From an uncultured Spirochaetaceae bacterium (lineage in GTDB: Bacteria; Spirochaetota; Spirochaetia; Sphaerochaetales; Sphaerochaetaceae), in NCBI GenBank assembly GCA_944392935.1, contig CALXYI010000032.1, positions 132 through 64,131 of the forward strand: a DNA stretch of 64,000 nt, given 5' to 3'. This document shows, piece after piece, positions 62,237 to 64,000 of the stretch (within the stretch, counting starts at the first letter, position 1; every line of letters begins with the position of its first letter). The notes under the pieces are model-generated. The model was given only the letters and a program-made list of their open reading frames with translations, made no database searches and had not been told where the DNA came from. A program made the position numbers and the translations under genes.

Positions 62237-63142
62237 ATGAAGAATGCAAAGGAATTCGTTCCCCGCGGCATAATACCCGCAATGGTGACTCCTCTGAACA
62301 AGGATGAGTCCCTGAACTGCGATGCGCTGGCAAAGCATATCGAATATCTTCTCGACAACGGCGTGCATGGCATATTCGTTGCCGGCACGACAGGTGAGTT
62401 CTATGCCCTGACGAAGGAGGAGAAGAGGCAGATGATAAGGACTGCCATCGATACCGTGAAGGGCAGGGTGCCTGTCTATGCCGGTACCGGCGGCATCACG
62501 ACCGCGGAGTGCATCGAGCTGACGGAGATGGCCGAGGAGGAGGGCGCTGATGCGGTCTCTGTCCTCACTCCCATGTTCATCTCCCCAAGCCAGGATGATC
62601 TCTATGAGCACTACAGGAGGATAGCTGAGTCCACATCGCTCCCGATCATCCTCTACAACAATGTGCCGCGCACCGGGGTGAACATCGCCGTGAAGACGGT
62701 GGAGAGGCTTTCCCGGATCGACAACATCATCGCCATCAAGGACAGCTCCGGCAACTTCGACCTCACTAGCGAGTACATCAGGGTAACGAGGGACAATCCC
62801 TATTTCCATGTGCTCCAGGGCCGTGACACGCACATCCTCGCAGGACTGACATATGGCGCAACCGGTGCAATAGCCGCTACATCCAACGTAGCTCCCGCGC
62901 TCGTGGTGTCGATCTACGAGAATTTCATGAAGGGCGATATGAAGGCCGCCCTCGATGCGCAATACAGGCTTGCTCCGCTCCGCATGGCGTTCTCCCTCGG
63001 CACGTTCCCGATGGTCATAAAGAGCGCCTTGAGCATGATCGGCATCGATGCCGGTCCGTGCAAGGCTCCTGTATTCGACCTCACGGAGAAGGAGAAGGCT
63101 GAGCTCAGGTCGGTTCTTGAGGGAATGGGGCTGATCGGCTGA
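62237..63142 (+). CDS. DapA/DHDPS-family aldolase (2-keto-3-deoxy-sugar-acid aldolase-like)
   Basis: IIPAMVTPL, GIFVAGTTGEF and IAIKDSSGN (Schiff-base Lys region). The context argues for a KDG-type aldolase rather than lysine biosynthesis. Confidence 0.8.
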   Translation: MKNAKEFVPRGIIPAMVTPLNKDESLNCDALAKHIEYLLDNGVHGIFVAGTTGEFYALTKEEKRQMIRTAIDTVKGRVPVYAGTGGITTAECIELTEMAEEEGADAVSVLTPMFISPSQDDLYEHYRRIAESTSLPIILYNNVPRTGVNIAVKTVERLSRIDNIIAIKDSSGNFDLTSEYIRVTRDNPYFHVLQGRDTHILAGLTYGATGAIAATSNVAPALVVSIYENFMKGDMKAALDAQYRLAPLRMAFSLGTFPMVIKSALSMIGIDAGPCKAPVFDLTEKEKAELRSVLEGMGLIG

Positions 63143-63168
63143 TGATCATCTCCTGATGCTGTCTGCAG

Positions 63169-63200
63169 GGATCCCATCGGGTTGCACCCGGTGGGATCTT
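63169..63200 (+). terminator. Long hairpin after the aldolase gene (possible terminator)
   Basis: GGATCCCATCGGGT-TGC-ACCCGGTGGGATCT: a 13-14 bp stem including G-U pairs. The U-tract is weak. Confidence 0.5.
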
Positions 63201-63473
63201 CCGCATCCAGATAAGATCTGGGAGGATGGGTGGAAGGATATGGCAGGGATGGAGATGAGAATGGAATGCCGCCGTATGCGCCCCATCCTGGGTGTCCGTG
63301 ATCCAGCTTTCCTGGCTGTCTCTGCCTGATTCGGTGTGCCGCAGCGGGATCCCGTGCCTGCCCAGCATGAACCGGTGCAAGGCGATGCGGAGGCGTTGTA
63401 TCCGATAATTATCTACCAGGCAAGATAATAGCAGAACCGCAGCAATATTTCTCATGAAAAGTGTGCAATTCTA

Positions 63474-63502
63474 TTGACGAAAGGACGGAAATAGCCTAAA
63501 TT
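63474..63502 (+). promoter_or_regulatory. Putative promoter of tRNA-Leu
   Basis: TTGACG (63474-63479), 17-nt spacer, TAAATT (63497-63502). It lies 13 nt upstream of the tRNA 5' end. Confidence 0.55.
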
Positions 63503-63515
63503 CTTTGAACGTCGA

Positions 63516-63597
63516 GCGGTCGTGGTGGAATTGGTAGACACGCTAGCTTGAGGTGCTAGTGGCGAGAGCTGTGCTGGTTCAAGTCCAGTCGACCGCA
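63516..63597 (+). tRNA. tRNA-Leu (anticodon GAG)
   Basis: GCGGTCGTGGTGGAATTGGTAGACACGCTAGCTTGAGGTGCTAGTGGCGAGAGCTGTGCTGGTTCAAGTCCAGTCGACCGCA. Acceptor GCGGTCG/CGACCGC, anticodon stem CTAGC/GCTAG, loop TTGAGGT, long variable arm, T loop TTCAAGT. CCA is not encoded. Confidence 0.9.
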
Positions 63598-63611
63598 TCC
63601 AATCGTTAAAT

Positions 63612-63649
63612 CCTTCTGGCTTCCATACTTGGTCAGAAGGTTTTTTTTT
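63612..63649 (+). terminator. Rho-independent terminator of tRNA-Leu
   Basis: CCTTCTG-(15-nt loop)-CAGAAGG followed by T9. Confidence 0.8.
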
Positions 63650-63720
63650 GCTGTTGCTCATTTCAGCTAGTGAACTTCTTGCAGCTGGTTCAATTTCGGC
63701 TCAGTTCTAGGAGGGTGCGG

Positions 63721-64000
63721 ATGTACATGGACAGGGTTTCTCACTACACATTGACGAGGGCATCAAACGGGGTGTGGTATTACTATGCCTACGACGATTC
63801 AGGACGCAGGATCCGCAGGTCGACGATGAGAAGAAGCAGGAGAGAGGCGGAGAACGAGAGCCACAGGAGGATAGCCCGTGGAGGGCTGCTGATGAAGCCT
63901 GACGTGAACAGGGATCGCAAGGATGACGTTCCAGGAGTTCAGCCGCCCGTTCTGGGTATGGAGCGAATGCCCGATCATAAGGGACAAGCTCGCCAGAGGC
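63721..64000 (+). pseudogene. Phage-type tyrosine integrase, 5' part (runs off the window), with an apparent frame change
   Basis: AGGAGG lies 6 nt upstream of ATG 63721. Frame 1 gives an integrase-like N-terminal arm motif (YTLTRASNGVWYYYAYDDSGRRIRRST..RREAE). The next expected motif (MTFQEFSRPFWVWSECPIIRDKLARG) is in the +1 frame from 63923, and that frame is closed by a stop at 63905-63907. Confidence 0.45.

Noticed and set aside
63105-63455. 116-aa minus-strand ORF starting MRNIAAVLLLSC (lipobox-like) upstream of tRNA-Leu.
   Set aside because: It has no RBS. The body is His/Arg/Pro-rich and unlike a mature lipoprotein. It overlaps the aldolase gene 3' end by 38 nt and runs through the terminator hairpin. 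It is most likely a chance ORF in GC-rich spacer DNA.
1-64000. CRISPR arrays, rRNA genes, intact IS elements or recognisable defence systems (RM, CBASS, retron, Abi, canonical TA pairs).
   Set aside because: I found no regularly spaced direct repeats. I found no 16S/23S/5S-like sequence and no transposase catalytic domain or terminal inverted repeats. I found no reverse transcriptase, nuclease-NTPase or cyclase gene combinations. Only the Fic/DOC fragment and an orphan HTH hint at mobile or toxin functions.

Overview
This is a 64-kb chromosomal segment from a GC-rich bacterium, about 55-62% GC by eye over most of the window. The three ABC binding proteins have cleavable signal peptides with no lipobox Cys, so the organism looks diderm. 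Loose lipoboxes, a TmpC/BMP-type transporter and a Mip-like FKBP are compatible with a spirochete-like organism, but taxonomy cannot be fixed from this window. I can support about 75 protein genes and 2 tRNAs. I found no rRNA, no CRISPR array and no intact IS.

Most of the window is core metabolism and housekeeping in tightly overlapping operons:
- a flavin-related trio
- a BMP-type nucleoside ABC importer plus DUF4867
- an MTA-salvage trio
- yicC-cmk(archaeal type)-rpoZ-miaA
- folC-rqcH-memo-like-membrane protein
- pstSCAB-phoU-phoB-phoR
- ACT/PFL(UPF0210)
- Y-family polymerase-YolD-Bcp
- xseA-xseB-purU
- a CUT1 ABC, GntR, DgoD-like dehydratase and DapA-family aldolase sugar-acid locus

Accessory DNA sits at both edges and is anchored on tRNA genes. 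A visibly low-GC Fic/DOC plus GNAT segment abuts the 3' end of tRNA-Val(CAC) on the left. An apparently frameshifted tyrosine-integrase gene starts just after tRNA-Leu(GAG) on the right.

The strongest lead is a pair of adjacent lipoprotein genes. Each sits behind a near-consensus sigma70-type promoter whose -35/-10 spacer is largely a 9-nt homopolymer: C9 with a 16-nt spacer, and G9 with an 18-nt spacer. This is the classic geometry of slipped-strand phase or expression variation.

I see no recognisable defence system and no convincing wholly new multi-gene system. The other leads are unusual gene linkages, an unresolved 430-nt region upstream of yicC, a structured terminator-capped region downstream of yhbY, and several candidate operators. 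All functional calls rest on motif recognition by eye. No searches were run.
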